Origin: Candidatus Omnitrophota bacterium
GTDB taxonomy: Bacteria > Omnitrophota > Gorgyraeia > Zapsychrales > Zapsychraceae
Length of the DNA: 64,000 nucleotides
Assembly (NCBI GenBank): GCA_029261065.1
Contig: JAJDCB010000026.1
Span: 166,320-230,319, forward strand
Direction: 5' to 3'
The position numbers and the translations under genes were made by a program. Position 1 is the stretch's first letter; each line of letters begins with the position of its first letter. Positions 29,102-39,414 of the stretch are shown here, piece by piece. Below the pieces are notes generated by a model. It was not told the origin of the DNA. It did no database searches and was given only the letters and a program-made list of their open reading frames with translations.

Positions 29102-29191
29102 GATCCCCGTTTTCACGGGGATTACAAGGTTTCTATTAATACTAAGCATGTCATTCCCACCCCTTATGTCATTCCCGCGAAAGCGGGAATC
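29102..29191. repeat. REP-like repeat cluster (two hairpins)
   Basis: CCCCGT-TTTC-ACGGGG followed by CCCCTTATGTCATTCCCGCGAAAGCGGGAATC. The second matches 42690-42720 almost exactly. Confidence 0.55.
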
Positions 29192-29199
29192 AAATAATA

Positions 29200-29922
29200 A
29201 TGAAAAAAGAAACCATACTAAATTCTTTTAAATTCCTCAGCCTCATCGCCATCCTCACAGGCTGCTGGTGGCTTGGGCGAGAACTGGATATTGATTTTGA
29301 ACATTATCGAGAGATGTTCAAGCAGTATCCTGTTTTTATTTCGGGTCTTATTTTTATAGGTCTTTATAGTGCGATTACTTTAGTCGTTTGGTTTGTCGCC
29401 AAAGATGTTTTTCGTATTATGGCAGCTGTCCTTTATGGACCCCTGACAAGTACGATTATTATTTGGTTGGCTGAGTTACTTAATGCATTTATTCTTTTTC
29501 ATTTAAGTCGTTTATTAGGTCGAGAGTTTGTTCAACAACGTTTTAAGGTGCGTTCAAAAGATATTGATCATGTGAAAAAAGATACATCCTTTTGGTGGAT
29601 CTTGGCATTAAAGATTAATCCGCTGTTTCCATTTCGTTTGCTTGATTTAGGCTTCGGCTTATCCTCAGCATCCTTCTTAAAATATTTCACAATTTCTGCG
29701 ATCTTTACTCCCTTTCGCATTTATTGGCTGCAGTTTGTATTAGCAGGTGTAGGAGGAGAGATTTTAAAAGATATCAACTTCGTAAGAGATTTCTTAGTCG
29801 ACAATCCCTTTATTATTATTTACAGTGTGATTTATTTTTTGAGCGTATTTGTGTTAACAATTATTGCATTTACAGTACAATCTCAAAAAAGAAAAGACGC
29901 GTCTTATGCGGGACGAGTTTAA
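29200..29922 (+). CDS. TVP38/TMEM64 (DedA-related) family membrane protein
   Basis: Polytopic membrane protein. The pattern ...PLTSTIIIWLAELLNAFILFHLSRLLGREF... resembles the SNARE-associated / TVP38 family. Confidence 0.4.
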   Translation: MKKETILNSFKFLSLIAILTGCWWLGRELDIDFEHYREMFKQYPVFISGLIFIGLYSAITLVVWFVAKDVFRIMAAVLYGPLTSTIIIWLAELLNAFILFHLSRLLGREFVQQRFKVRSKDIDHVKKDTSFWWILALKINPLFPFRLLDLGFGLSSASFLKYFTISAIFTPFRIYWLQFVLAGVGGEILKDINFVRDFLVDNPFIIIYSVIYFLSVFVLTIIAFTVQSQKRKDASYAGRV

Positions 29923-29930
29923 AAGAAAGG

Positions 29931-30235
29931 CTCTTTAAAGTATTAAGTGGGTAAGTTAAGGCTAAAACATGTTGTCACGCGCAGTTCCGAAGCCGACAGC
30001 TTACCAATAATTGATGGTCAAGTCATATGATCATTCGCTCGGACAGTCCTCGCAGCGCATTTTTCTAAAAATTGCTTGCTGCGGAACTCGCTCTTATGAT
30101 CATATGACTTGACCATCAACAGAAAAGCTGAGAAATAAGCAATACAGTTCGTTTGCTTATTTCTTGTCGAGCGAAGGCTGTTTGAGCATGACAACATGTT
30201 TTAGCCTTAACTTACCCACGTGATTCTCCAAAGAG
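29931..30235. mobile_element. MITE-like non-coding element, copy 1 (~305 bp)
   Basis: Terminal inverted repeats CTCTTT..GTGGGTAAGTTAAGGCTAAAACATGTTGTCA (31 bp perfect). Internal 18-bp-arm hairpin GGTCAAGTCATATGATCA...TGATCATATGACTTGACC. No ORF. Homologous in inverted orientation to the element at 59300-59620. Confidence 0.55.
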
Positions 30236-30253
30236 TCAAAAGAAAATAGCTGG

Positions 30254-31270
30254 TTACGCCTGGATCCTTCGCCAATCGGTAAAAACAGGATCGAGGTTTT
30301 TTTCTTTTAAGAGGGTTGTGATGGCCTTCACACTGCGGGTATCTTCAATGTCAAATTGAGGGTCTTGTTGTTGGGGTTCTTTTAATGTGTAGCCTCCAAC
30401 AGAGGTGTTTGATCCAGCGGACATTCGCGTGATGCCAAGTTTAAGGGCATGGTCGCGTAATTCTGGTTTCTCACGTGTAGAAAGGTTGATGCCAACGCGT
30501 GGGAAAAGGGTTCGTGTTAGACAAATAATTTTAATAAACGTTTTATCATCGATATACACCTTCCCAAAATCCTCTCCTTTAATTTTCTGAATCCTTGGAA
30601 AGGAAAGACTGTACTCAACACCAGGATAATTTTTTTCCATAAAGCTTAAATGTTCGTATAAATCAAAAAGGTCTTGGGAGGTGTTTGAACTCAGGCCTAA
30701 TAATATTCCTAATGAAATACTTCTTATGCCCGCCGCAGCTGCTCTCTGGGCTGTACCCGCTCGAAAGTCATAGTCTGCTTTAATACCAGAGAGGTGAACT
30801 TTTTTGTAGCGCTCTCGATCATAAGTTTCTTGATATACAGTAATCCCATCAACACCATGTAAGAATAACGTTTTATATTCATCTTCTTCCATAGGATGAA
30901 CTTCTAAGCTTATATTGGGGAAGTATTGTTTGGCGACGGTGACGGTATCCATTAAATAAGAAAGAGGTGTTACTTTATAAGACTCACCGGTGAGCAGTAA
31001 AATATTTTCTATGCCTTGATCGGCAACATGCTTCATCTCTTGGTTCATTTCTTTATCCGTTAATTTAAAACGTTTGATGCGATGATGACTGTGAAATCCG
31101 CAATAGGTGCAATGACTGGAGCAGAAGTTTGATAAGTAAATAGGAGCGTAAAGAGAAATGGTGTGGCCGAAGTATTGACGGGTTAAGGATGAGGCCTCTT
31201 GAGCAAGGGCTTCGATATTTGTTGGATTGTTGTCGGTAAGGATTTTTTGTATGTGGTTAAAAGAAATCAT
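30254..31270 (-). CDS. thiH: 2-iminoacetate synthase ThiH (radical SAM)
   Basis: Radical SAM CxxxCxYC motif (SSHCTYCGF). 338 aa. Sits immediately downstream of thiS-thiG on the same strand. Confidence 0.75.
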   Translation of the reverse strand: MISFNHIQKILTDNNPTNIEALAQEASSLTRQYFGHTISLYAPIYLSNFCSSHCTYCGFHSHHRIKRFKLTDKEMNQEMKHVADQGIENILLLTGESYKVTPLSYLMDTVTVAKQYFPNISLEVHPMEEDEYKTLFLHGVDGITVYQETYDRERYKKVHLSGIKADYDFRAGTAQRAAAAGIRSISLGILLGLSSNTSQDLFDLYEHLSFMEKNYPGVEYSLSFPRIQKIKGEDFGKVYIDDKTFIKIICLTRTLFPRVGINLSTREKPELRDHALKLGITRMSAGSNTSVGGYTLKEPQQQDPQFDIEDTRSVKAITTLLKEKNLDPVFTDWRRIQA

Positions 31271-31276
31271 ATGTTT

Positions 31277-31357
31277 GTCATTCCCGAGACATCGGGGACC
31301 CGTGAAGTTATTGTTAGAATTTTTTTATGTATAGGTTCCCGCTTTCGCGGGAATGAC
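31277..31357. repeat. REP-like hairpins between thiH and thiG
   Basis: GTCATTCCCGAGACATCGGGGAC and GGTTCCCGCTTTCGCGGGAATGAC. The second is the reverse-orientation form of GTCATTCCCGCGAAAGCGGGAAT. Confidence 0.55.
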
Positions 31358-31383
31358 ATGTTTTGGTTGTGTATGTCTTTGTG

Positions 31384-32199
31384 TCAATTCTCATAGAGAA
31401 AACCAGTTAGAGGTGACGATGCATTCGCGGTATCTTTCACAGGAGGAAGGTTGCTTAAATATCCTAATCGACCAGCTTGAACAGCCATTGCAAAAGCTTT
31501 GGCCAGTTTTGCTGGCTTTTCTGCAGTAGCAACTGCCGTGTTAACCAACACAGCATCTGCTCCCATTTCCATCGCTTCGGCCGCTTGGGAAGGACATCCA
31601 ATCCCGGCATCAACAATAATAGGAATGTCTATCTCATTGATCAAGACTCTGATAAGTTCTTTTGTTTTTAATCCCTGATTACTTCCGATAAGCGACCCTA
31701 AAGGCATGACACTCGCAGCACCAACCTTGACCAATTCACGTGCAACATATAAATCAGGACTGACATAAGGCAGGACAACAAAACCTTCTTTAACTAACGT
31801 TTCTGTAGCTTTAATTGTTTCGGAATTATCAGGAAGTAAATATTTGGTATCGTTAATAACTTCAATCTTTATCCAATTGCCATAACCTGATTCTTTTGCC
31901 AATCGAGCAATACGGATTGCTTCTTGAGCATCCCGCGCGCCAGATGTATTTGTTAATAATGTGACGGATTTAGGGATGTGCTCAAGGATATTTTCTTCAT
32001 GATGTTCAAGATCAATTCGGCGAAGGGCAACAGTTACGATTTCTGTTTGAGATTCCGTAATGCTTTGAGCAAGATCAGCCTTGTTTCTAAACTTTCCCGT
32101 TCCTAATAGAAATCGACTTGTTAATTTTTTTCCACCAATAAAGAATGGTGTATCTTCAATAGCATCAGCAATTTTTGTCTCTGTAGTACGTGTAGTCAA
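31384..32199 (-). CDS. thiG: Thiazole synthase ThiG
   Basis: TIM-barrel ThiG. Conserved Lys (Schiff-base) region. 271 aa. Adjacent to thiS. Confidence 0.85.
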   Translation of the reverse strand: MTTRTTETKIADAIEDTPFFIGGKKLTSRFLLGTGKFRNKADLAQSITESQTEIVTVALRRIDLEHHEENILEHIPKSVTLLTNTSGARDAQEAIRIARLAKESGYGNWIKIEVINDTKYLLPDNSETIKATETLVKEGFVVLPYVSPDLYVARELVKVGAASVMPLGSLIGSNQGLKTKELIRVLINEIDIPIIVDAGIGCPSQAAEAMEMGADAVLVNTAVATAEKPAKLAKAFAMAVQAGRLGYLSNLPPVKDTANASSPLTGFLYEN

Positions 32200-32200
32200 T

Positions 32201-32401
32201 TTAACCGCCTCCTACAAATTGTAATAATTCAATACTATCGCCTTCGTTAATGGAAGTTTCTTTCCATCTTTCTGCCTGAATGACAGTGCCGTTAAGTTCG
32301 AGAATAATAGAGGAAGGCGTTTTACTGTATTGTTGCACAATCTCTGTTAGCGAGGTTTGCTTTAAATATTGTTTCTCTGTGCCGTTTAGTGAAATTTTCA
32401 T
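32201..32401 (-). CDS. thiS: Sulfur-carrier protein ThiS
   Basis: 66 aa ending in GG (…LLQFVGGG). Immediately upstream of thiG. Confidence 0.7.
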   Translation of the reverse strand: MKISLNGTEKQYLKQTSLTEIVQQYSKTPSSIILELNGTVIQAERWKETSINEGDSIELLQFVGGG

Positions 32402-32557
32402 AGTGGAATAAATTAACTGCCGTTAATCTTTTGGTTAATGAACCCATATTAAACCAATTAATTTGCAAATGCAATTGAAAAGGAAAGCGCTCATTAAGGT
32501 TTCAGAAATCGAGAATTCTTTTGACTACGCATTTGGGTAGTGTGATAATAGCTCTTT

Positions 32558-32755
32558 ATGAGCGAATACATCTGTCCCAACTGCAAAAATCCAATCTATG
32601 ACGAAGACGCTTTACTATGCCATTTTTGTGGCGGCAGTCTAAAAAGGGCTGGTAAAGGCCTTATTAGCAATATGCGCTACTCCAAAAGGACATGGTTTTG
32701 GCCGTTACTTGTTCTTTGCGTTTTATTGGCCTTTGTTTTGTTGATGGTATTCTAA
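32558..32755 (+). CDS. Small zinc-ribbon protein with a C-terminal TM helix
   Basis: CPNC...CHFCGG pairs of Cys. Hydrophobic C-terminus. 65 aa. Confidence 0.35.
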   Translation: MSEYICPNCKNPIYDEDALLCHFCGGSLKRAGKGLISNMRYSKRTWFWPLLVLCVLLAFVLLMVF

Positions 32756-32808
32756 TGCTGGATTTTCCCCGCAATATGTAGTATATTGACGCCCTTAGAG
32801 ATAATATT

Positions 32809-35289
32809 ATGTCCTACATCACAGAAGAAATATTAAAAATAGAGAAGAAATGGCAAAAGATTTGGGAGGATAATAAATTATTCCAAGCCCAAAACGATAC
32901 CGCCAAACCAAAGTATTATGTCCTAGAGATGTATCCCTATCCTTCTGGAAAGCTGCATATGGGCCATGTGCGTAATTACACGATTGGTGATGTGTTAGCC
33001 CGCTTTCGTCGTATGCAAGGGTTTAATGTCCTCTACCCCATGGGCTTTGACAGCTTTGGGCTTCCTGCTGAAAATGCCGCCATCAAAAATAAAACAAATC
33101 CTAAAGAATGGACCGAAGCGCGCATGAATGACATGGTCGCGCAAATGAAACAGATCGGTCTAAGTTACGACTGGTCTCGTTTTCTTTACAGTCATAGTGA
33201 AGATTATTACAAATGGAATCAATGGATCTTTCTTCAAATGTATAAACAGGGGCTTGTTTATAAAAAGAAATCTGTGGTCAATTGGGATCCTATTGATAAT
33301 ACGGTTTTAGCTAATGAACAAGTCATTGATGGTAAAGGATGGCGTAGTGGCGCTGTTGTTGAGAAACGAGAGATTGAGCAATGGTTTATTAAGATTACCG
33401 ATTATGCTGAAGAATTGTTAAGTGACTTGGATAAATTGGATGATTGGCCCGAGCGTGTTAAGTCCATGCAACGAAATTGGATTGGGAAGAGTGAGGGGTG
33501 TATGATTACGTTTGATGTTGTTGATGGTACTGGGAAAAAGATTGATGAGATCAAAACTTTTACGACGCGTCCGGATACCGTATTTGGCATTAAATATGTT
33601 GTTTTAGCGGCCGAACATCCTAAATGTATTGAGTGGAGCAAGAGCACAGAATACGAATCACCTGTTAAAGACTTTATCGCCGATGTTGCCAAAGAAACTT
33701 TGATTGAGCGTATGGCTGAAGGCAAAGAAAAAAATGGAACAGCGCTGGGTGTCTTTGCGGTTAATCCAGCCAATGGCAAGAAGGTTCCGTTGTGGGTTGC
33801 TAATTACGCATTGATGGATTACGGAACAGGAGCTGTGATGGCGGTACCCGCACATGATCAAAGAGATTTTGAGTTTGCAAAAAAATATCAATTACCTGTC
33901 TCCGTTGTTATTAATCCAAAAGACCAAGATGCGCTTAACGCTGATACGATGAGTGAAGCATTTGTTGAAGTTGGTATTATGACAAACTCCAAAGAGTTTG
34001 ATGGTGTATCCAGTGATGATGCGAAATTAAAGATGGCGCAATGGATGGAGGAGAAAGGTTTTGGATCAAGAACGACTACCTATCGATTAAAAGATTGGCT
34101 TATTTCTCGTCAACGTTACTGGGGAACTCCAATTCCTATTTATTATGATGATGACGGAAATCCTCAACTGATTCCAGAAGAGGAGTTGCCCGTTAAGTTG
34201 CCTAAGGATGTTGAGTTTGGTAAGGGAAATCCTCTTGAAACGTCACAGACATTTATAAATTATACAGATCCAAAGTCTGGCAAAACATATCGTCGTGAAA
34301 CAGACACGATGGATACTTTTTTTGACAGCAGTTGGTATTACATTCGTTACACCGATTTAAATGATAAGTGTATCTTTGATAAATCATTAGCCAATTACTG
34401 GATGCCCGTTGATCAATACATCGGCGGTATTGAACATGCTATCTTGCATTTATTGTATTCTCGTTTTTTTCTTAAGTTTTTTAGAGACATAGGTTTGGTT
34501 GATGAGAGCGAACCTTTTAAACGTTTATTAACGCAGGGTATGGTTCTTTTGTCCGGTGAGGTTATGTCTAAATCAAAGGGGAACATTGTTGATCCCGATG
34601 AAATTTTAAAGAAATTTGGAACAGATTCTTTGCGCATGTTTATTTTATTCGCCGCACCTCCCGAAGATCAGCTGGAATGGAATGACGATGCTATCGAAGG
34701 ATCGTGGCGATTTTTAAGTCGAATTTGGAAGTTAGTCGAGCATCGCTTCTCCATAGTTGAAGATGAGTTAAATGTTAGTGACATGGATGATCAAGATAAA
34801 GAGATAGAGCGGGAACGAAACTTTACAATCAAAAAAGTGACAGAAGATCTTTCTTCGTATAAATTTAATACAGCGATTAGTTCGTTAATGATTTTAATGA
34901 ACAAGATTGATAAATACAAAGTTCCAGAAGGGGCTTTAACAAAACAGATTGTATTAAATAATGTTACGCGATCTATTATTCAATTATTAGCTCCACTAGC
35001 TCCTCATATGTGTGAAGAGTTATGGCAGAAATGTGGTGCCACACAATACAGTATTATTCTGGAAGGTTGGCCGAGTTATGATGAAGCGGCATTAAAACAA
35101 GATGTGATTGAGTTAATTGTTCAAGTTAACGGAAAACTTCGTTCTCGGATTTCGATTCCAGCAGATAGTAGTAAAGAGGACGTTCAACGTCTAGCTCTTG
35201 AAGATGAAAAGGTTCAACAATTTGTCTCATCTGACGCTATAAAGAAGTTTATTTATGTGCCGGGCAAATTGGCGAATTTTGTAGTATAA
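32809..35289 (+). CDS. leuS: Leucyl-tRNA synthetase
   Basis: HIGH motif (HMGHVRNY) and KMSKS motif (VMSKSKGN). 826 aa. Confidence 0.95.
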   Translation: MSYITEEILKIEKKWQKIWEDNKLFQAQNDTAKPKYYVLEMYPYPSGKLHMGHVRNYTIGDVLARFRRMQGFNVLYPMGFDSFGLPAENAAIKNKTNPKEWTEARMNDMVAQMKQIGLSYDWSRFLYSHSEDYYKWNQWIFLQMYKQGLVYKKKSVVNWDPIDNTVLANEQVIDGKGWRSGAVVEKREIEQWFIKITDYAEELLSDLDKLDDWPERVKSMQRNWIGKSEGCMITFDVVDGTGKKIDEIKTFTTRPDTVFGIKYVVLAAEHPKCIEWSKSTEYESPVKDFIADVAKETLIERMAEGKEKNGTALGVFAVNPANGKKVPLWVANYALMDYGTGAVMAVPAHDQRDFEFAKKYQLPVSVVINPKDQDALNADTMSEAFVEVGIMTNSKEFDGVSSDDAKLKMAQWMEEKGFGSRTTTYRLKDWLISRQRYWGTPIPIYYDDDGNPQLIPEEELPVKLPKDVEFGKGNPLETSQTFINYTDPKSGKTYRRETDTMDTFFDSSWYYIRYTDLNDKCIFDKSLANYWMPVDQYIGGIEHAILHLLYSRFFLKFFRDIGLVDESEPFKRLLTQGMVLLSGEVMSKSKGNIVDPDEILKKFGTDSLRMFILFAAPPEDQLEWNDDAIEGSWRFLSRIWKLVEHRFSIVEDELNVSDMDDQDKEIERERNFTIKKVTEDLSSYKFNTAISSLMILMNKIDKYKVPEGALTKQIVLNNVTRSIIQLLAPLAPHMCEELWQKCGATQYSIILEGWPSYDEAALKQDVIELIVQVNGKLRSRISIPADSSKEDVQRLALEDEKVQQFVSSDAIKKFIYVPGKLANFVV

Positions 35290-35385
35290 TATTTCCTAAC
35301 GTTTCAGCGGGTTATCACCTTCCCCCTCGATAACCTTCCCTCAATTAAGAGAATACTTCCCCCCTCATAGAAAGCGATTAGTCTT

Positions 35386-35724
35386 ATGTTTAATTGGACC
35401 AAAGAAGAACGTCTGGTTCTATTGCTGTTTGTTGCCGTTTTATTGACGGGTAGCATGCTTCACTATACCTTCAAAAAATATCCTGAAGTGCAAGATTACG
35501 TCAACTTTGTCGACAGCGATCGAGCCTATCCCAAGCTAGATATCAATAAAGCAAGCCATCAAGAGTTTGTTGATATCCCCTATATTGGTGAATATACCGC
35601 GGGGGAGATTTTATCTTATCGAGAAGAACATGGACTCTTTGCCTCTTTAGAAGAATTGAAATTAATTAAGGGTATAAAGGAAAAGAATTATGAAAAGTTC
35701 TCTAAGTATCTCAAAGTTAACTAA
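35386..35724 (+). CDS. comEA: ComEA-like helix-hairpin-helix DNA-binding competence protein
   Basis: N-terminal TM. C-terminal HhH region: DINKASHQEFVDIPYIGEYTAGEILSYREEHGLFASLEEL. Confidence 0.65.
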   Translation: MFNWTKEERLVLLLFVAVLLTGSMLHYTFKKYPEVQDYVNFVDSDRAYPKLDINKASHQEFVDIPYIGEYTAGEILSYREEHGLFASLEELKLIKGIKEKNYEKFSKYLKVN

Positions 35725-37309
35725 TCGTACACCCAACAAAAAGATACCAAAGAAAATTCATCGTCCATTTTTGGGCCTTGTTGTTTGTTTTGCAAGCGGC
35801 ATCTATTTAAGTCGAATGTTTCCGGTATCTATGTCAATTAACATTATAGTTGCGATGATTCTTACTGGATTATGCGTTGTTTGTTTTTCTCGCGCAAGGC
35901 TCTCCACGTGGATCATTCTTATGTTGTATGTGTGTATGGGAACCATATATACGAATGGTTATCAACAATTAGCCAAAGAAGATATATCCAAGGTCGCGAA
36001 GTATTATTACGGAGAGCAAGTTCAATTAGAGGGAGTCGTTGGTCATGATTTGAAAGTTGTTAACTTTTTTAACGGCCAAAAAACAAGTTTTACGTTAAAT
36101 GTAAAAAAGATGCAAACACAATGGGGATGGAAGAAGAAAAAGGGGAAGGTATTAGTTAATGTCTTTCAAAAGCTTCAAGCGAATTATGGAGACACAATTG
36201 TTATTGAAGGAAAACTTCACCGCCCATTTGAATTTTCTAAAGACAAATCGTTTTCGTATTTGGATTATCTCAAACGTCGAGGGATTAGATGGGTTTTAAC
36301 GGCTAAGAAAAATGCGTTGATCGAGGTTAAGTCTCAGGAAAGCCATTTTAATGTTTTAACAACCCTACTGAATTTTAGAGGTTCACTAGAACAACGTTTT
36401 GATCATGCCTTAACAAAAAATGAATCGGCGATTATGCAAGCACTGTTGCTTGGAAAGCGGTCGGACATTCCTCGTCATATTAAAGAGTTGTTTGAAAAGA
36501 CAGGAACGATTCATATTTTAGCGATCAGTGGTTTGCATGTTGGGTTTGTTGCGGCATTTTTTATTATGCTTCTTAAACCTTTTCCTGTTTCTCGAAAAAT
36601 ACAACTTTGTTTAGGCGCCATTTTACTCATAGCTTATTGTCTAATGACAGGCGCCCGCCCTTCTGTGGTTCGGGCAACTGTTATGACTGTCATTGTATTA
36701 ATTAGTCTTTTAATGGAACGCCACACAAATTTATTAAACACCCTTAGTTGCGCGGCCTTTTGTCTTTTGTTGATTAATCCATTTTATTTGTTTGATGTTG
36801 GCTATCAGTTATCGTTTTGTTGTGTGTTGTCCATTGTATGTATTAATCCTTTGGTGATGAAGGTTCTCGTCTTTTTATGTAAGGGAAATGTTTCAAAAAA
36901 GGGGCAGTGGATTTTGCAGTCTTTTTCGGTTTCGCTATCTGTTTGGATCGGAATCATAGCCCTCATTGGATATTATTTTCAAATCATAACGCCCATTACC
37001 GTTTTCATTAATATTATCATCATTCCATTTATTCCAGTCCTGCTAGCCTTGGGATTTGGACTCCTTTTAACCTCCTTTTTTCTCCCCATCTGTACCGTAT
37101 TTTTCGCGATGTGCCTTAAAATCACCCTCAACCTTATGGTCGCCATCATCTTCCTTGCTGCCAAAGTTCCCGGAGCATTTTTTAATGTTTATTTTGTAAG
37201 TTATTGGGGTGTAATTGCTTATTATTCAGTATTGATTGTGATTCTTTTTTTGATTTATCAAAGATGCCATATATATGATGACACACGGAATTATGAAAAG
37301 TTTTCGTAA
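35690..37309 (+). CDS. comEC: ComEC/Rec2-family DNA internalisation channel (no metallo-beta-lactamase domain)
   Basis: Polytopic membrane protein with a competence-domain HILAISGLHVGF motif. At 539 aa it is shorter than a canonical ComEC with its C-terminal MBL domain. Confidence 0.6.
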   Translation: MKSSLSISKLTNRTPNKKIPKKIHRPFLGLVVCFASGIYLSRMFPVSMSINIIVAMILTGLCVVCFSRARLSTWIILMLYVCMGTIYTNGYQQLAKEDISKVAKYYYGEQVQLEGVVGHDLKVVNFFNGQKTSFTLNVKKMQTQWGWKKKKGKVLVNVFQKLQANYGDTIVIEGKLHRPFEFSKDKSFSYLDYLKRRGIRWVLTAKKNALIEVKSQESHFNVLTTLLNFRGSLEQRFDHALTKNESAIMQALLLGKRSDIPRHIKELFEKTGTIHILAISGLHVGFVAAFFIMLLKPFPVSRKIQLCLGAILLIAYCLMTGARPSVVRATVMTVIVLISLLMERHTNLLNTLSCAAFCLLLINPFYLFDVGYQLSFCCVLSIVCINPLVMKVLVFLCKGNVSKKGQWILQSFSVSLSVWIGIIALIGYYFQIITPITVFINIIIIPFIPVLLALGFGLLLTSFFLPICTVFFAMCLKITLNLMVAIIFLAAKVPGAFFNVYFVSYWGVIAYYSVLIVILFLIYQRCHIYDDTRNYEKFS

Positions 37310-37363
37310 ATTTTTAAGGGAAAAATAAATTTGGTAAGTATAGTTAATTAGGGTATACTTATC

Positions 37364-37495
37364 ATGGGTATAGAGGATGGGCAATATAGTCAGATCGTTG
37401 AGTTGCCTAATTTTACAAGATTAGTCACAACTTATTTAAGCGATGATGAATATAATAAATTACAGTGCTATCTTATTAAACAAAAGATGATTTAA
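37364..37495 (+). pseudogene. N-terminal remnant (43 aa) of a HigB-2/RelE-like toxin gene
   Basis: ...FTRLVTTYLSDDEYNKLQCYLIKQ resembles the N-terminus of Vibrio HigB-2-type toxins (…YLSDEEYRLFQ…). The ORF stops ~65 aa short of a full toxin. It sits directly upstream of the cognate-type HTH antitoxin. Confidence 0.35.
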
Positions 37496-37532
37496 TGAAG
37501 GAACAATACAAAATTTTAATGGAGGACATCTG

Positions 37533-37820
37533 GTGAAAAAGGAAGATTTTAAAAATTTACGGCAAGGAATTAAGGAGTTAAAGCTCTATCGGCAAAACAA
37601 ATTGAAACCCAGTCGCGTGTTTAATTTTGATCCTGATGTTAAAGCTATTAGATCAAAACTAAAAATGTCACAATCGGAATTTGCAGATTTTTTGGGCGTT
37701 AGCGCAAACACAATTAGAAACTGGGAACAAGATCGATCGAAACCCGTGGGAGCGGCAAGATCTTTATTGACCGTTGCCCAAAAAGAACCTCAGGCTGTAT
37801 TCTCAGCATTGCATGGTTAA
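37533..37820 (+). CDS. HigA-like XRE-family HTH antitoxin (orphan)
   Basis: GTG start with RBS GGAGGA. HTH MSQSEFADFLGVSANTIRNWEQDRSKP. Confidence 0.6.
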   Translation: MKKEDFKNLRQGIKELKLYRQNKLKPSRVFNFDPDVKAIRSKLKMSQSEFADFLGVSANTIRNWEQDRSKPVGAARSLLTVAQKEPQAVFSALHG

Positions 37821-37835
37821 TATTATAACAATTTT

Positions 37836-38309
37836 ATGAACGATCTAATCTTACTAAAAGCCTTTTACCACAAACACGAAGCCGAGATGGCCGTTGGGTT
37901 ATTAAAGGAGGGAGGTGTCATCGCTATTCTTCAATCAGATGATGCCGGAGGTTTTCGTCATCATTTGACATTGGGTGTGGGGAATAATCGGGTTATGATT
38001 CAAAGAAAGGATGCGCAAAAGGCTTTAGAGTTAATTAAGGTGCTCGATGACAATGTATCTATTGAAGAGTTAAAGCAGATTGAGGAGGAGGCCGTTAATT
38101 CTCCCAGACCGTCCACCCAAAGGTTGAAGAAAAAAACAAAAAGTGAGTATACCCTCGTTATTCCGTTTATTGTCGCTGCGCTATTTATTATGTCTTATTA
38201 TTTCCAGGAAAGTAAAAAAAGTGATCGTTCATTCGAAGGCTATTTAAGCAATATGGATTGCCAAGAAGGCGAACCAAGCTCTAGAGAGTATATTGATTGC
38301 AAAGAATGA
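37836..38309 (+). CDS. DUF2007-like (PII-fold-like) putative signalling protein with a C-terminal TM helix
   Basis: N-terminus LILLKAFYHKHEAEMAVGLLKEGGV resembles the DUF2007 signal-transducing family. Hydrophobic segment near the C-terminus. Confidence 0.3.
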   Translation: MNDLILLKAFYHKHEAEMAVGLLKEGGVIAILQSDDAGGFRHHLTLGVGNNRVMIQRKDAQKALELIKVLDDNVSIEELKQIEEEAVNSPRPSTQRLKKKTKSEYTLVIPFIVAALFIMSYYFQESKKSDRSFEGYLSNMDCQEGEPSSREYIDCKE

Positions 38310-38445
38310 TGTCCCAGCCATTTAGTAATATTTATATTACTAATAATTTGCATTACTGCTATGATGAAAATGTTCATTTTAGGCCTTTTTCATAAGCCTC
38401 TGGCAATGATTGACAAATAGAAACGACTATGATAAATTTGGGCTA

Positions 38446-39414
38446 ATGTTTAAAAAGACACTATACATATCTTATCTAATAATAGTATTATTACTATTAT
38501 CCATACAGCCTTCCCAGGCATTTTGGGTTTGGACATCCGACAGTAAGAAGTGGGAGAATCCAAAATACTCTGTCAAAGGGACCCCTCAAGAGCAATTAGA
38601 AATTGGGAAACAATATCTAAAAGATAAAAAATATAAAATGGCACGCCGCGCTTTTAAGAAGTTGATTAAGCATTATCCTAAGGCTAGACAGGCGCCAGAG
38701 GCTCAATTTCATATTGGGGAGATTTTTGATGAGCAGGGGAAAACCTTTGAGGCCTTTAAGCAGTATCAACTTGTCATAGATAAATACCCCTTTAGCGAAC
38801 GTTCGGCTCAGATTGTTAAAAAACAATATGAGATCGGAAATCAGCTGTTAGACGGGCGAGAAGATCGTAATAAGTTTATAGAATCTTTATCAGGGGCTGA
38901 TTACAATATTATTGAAGTTTTTAAAAAAGTTATTAAGAATGCGCCATATGGCGAGTTGGCAGCACCTTCTCAATATAAAATTGGGTTATATCTTCAGGAA
39001 AAAGGATTGCTTCAAGAGGCGCGTGATGAGTTTGAAAAGGTTGTTAACGATTATCCTGATAGTGAGTGGGCAAAGGCCGCTAATTATCAGATTGCGGTAA
39101 CGGATTCAAAAAGATCGGCAGGCGCTCAATATGATCAAAAGATCACTAAGGCCGCAGTTGATGAGTTTAAGGACTTTTTGGAAAGATATCCAGATGCCGA
39201 ATTATCTGAGGATGCTAAGGGAGAGGTTTTTAAGTTAAAAGAAAAAGAAGCGGCTAATAATTTGGTCGTTGCTCAGTTTTATGAAAAACAAAAAAATTAT
39301 ACAGCGGCAAAAGTTTATTATCAAATAATCGTTGAAGATTATGCCAACACGCCTTATGCATCAGGGGCTTTACAAAAAATTCGAGAGATGAATGAATTGG
39401 AGAATAGTAAGTGA
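38446..39414 (+). CDS. Secreted TPR-like repeat protein (BamD/YbgF-like fold)
   Basis: Signal peptide. Repeated ~34-aa helical units (…YKMARRAFKKLIKHYP…, …AFKQYQLVIDKYP…, …EFEKVVNDYPDS…). No lipobox Cys. Confidence 0.4.
   Translation: MFKKTLYISYLIIVLLLLSIQPSQAFWVWTSDSKKWENPKYSVKGTPQEQLEIGKQYLKDKKYKMARRAFKKLIKHYPKARQAPEAQFHIGEIFDEQGKTFEAFKQYQLVIDKYPFSERSAQIVKKQYEIGNQLLDGREDRNKFIESLSGADYNIIEVFKKVIKNAPYGELAAPSQYKIGLYLQEKGLLQEARDEFEKVVNDYPDSEWAKAANYQIAVTDSKRSAGAQYDQKITKAAVDEFKDFLERYPDAELSEDAKGEVFKLKEKEAANNLVVAQFYEKQKNYTAAKVYYQIIVEDYANTPYASGALQKIREMNELENSK

Noticed and set aside
29150-29191. Resemblance of the REP core to Neisseria dRS3 (ATTCCC-N8-GGGAAT) as evidence of neisserial origin
   Set aside because: The pattern match is exact in form, but the window has low GC, no Correia/NIME-like structures and non-neisserial gene organisation. 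I treat the similarity as coincidental or convergent and mention it only as a search handle.
32402-32557. Looked for a TPP riboswitch in the leader of the minus-strand thiS-thiG-thiH operon
   Set aside because: The reverse complement of this 155-nt region lacks the conserved CUGAGA / ACCUGAUC-GGAUAAUGCC-GCG-AGGGA elements. Only weak look-alikes (CTGAAACC) are present. Without a covariance-model scan I cannot support a riboswitch call.
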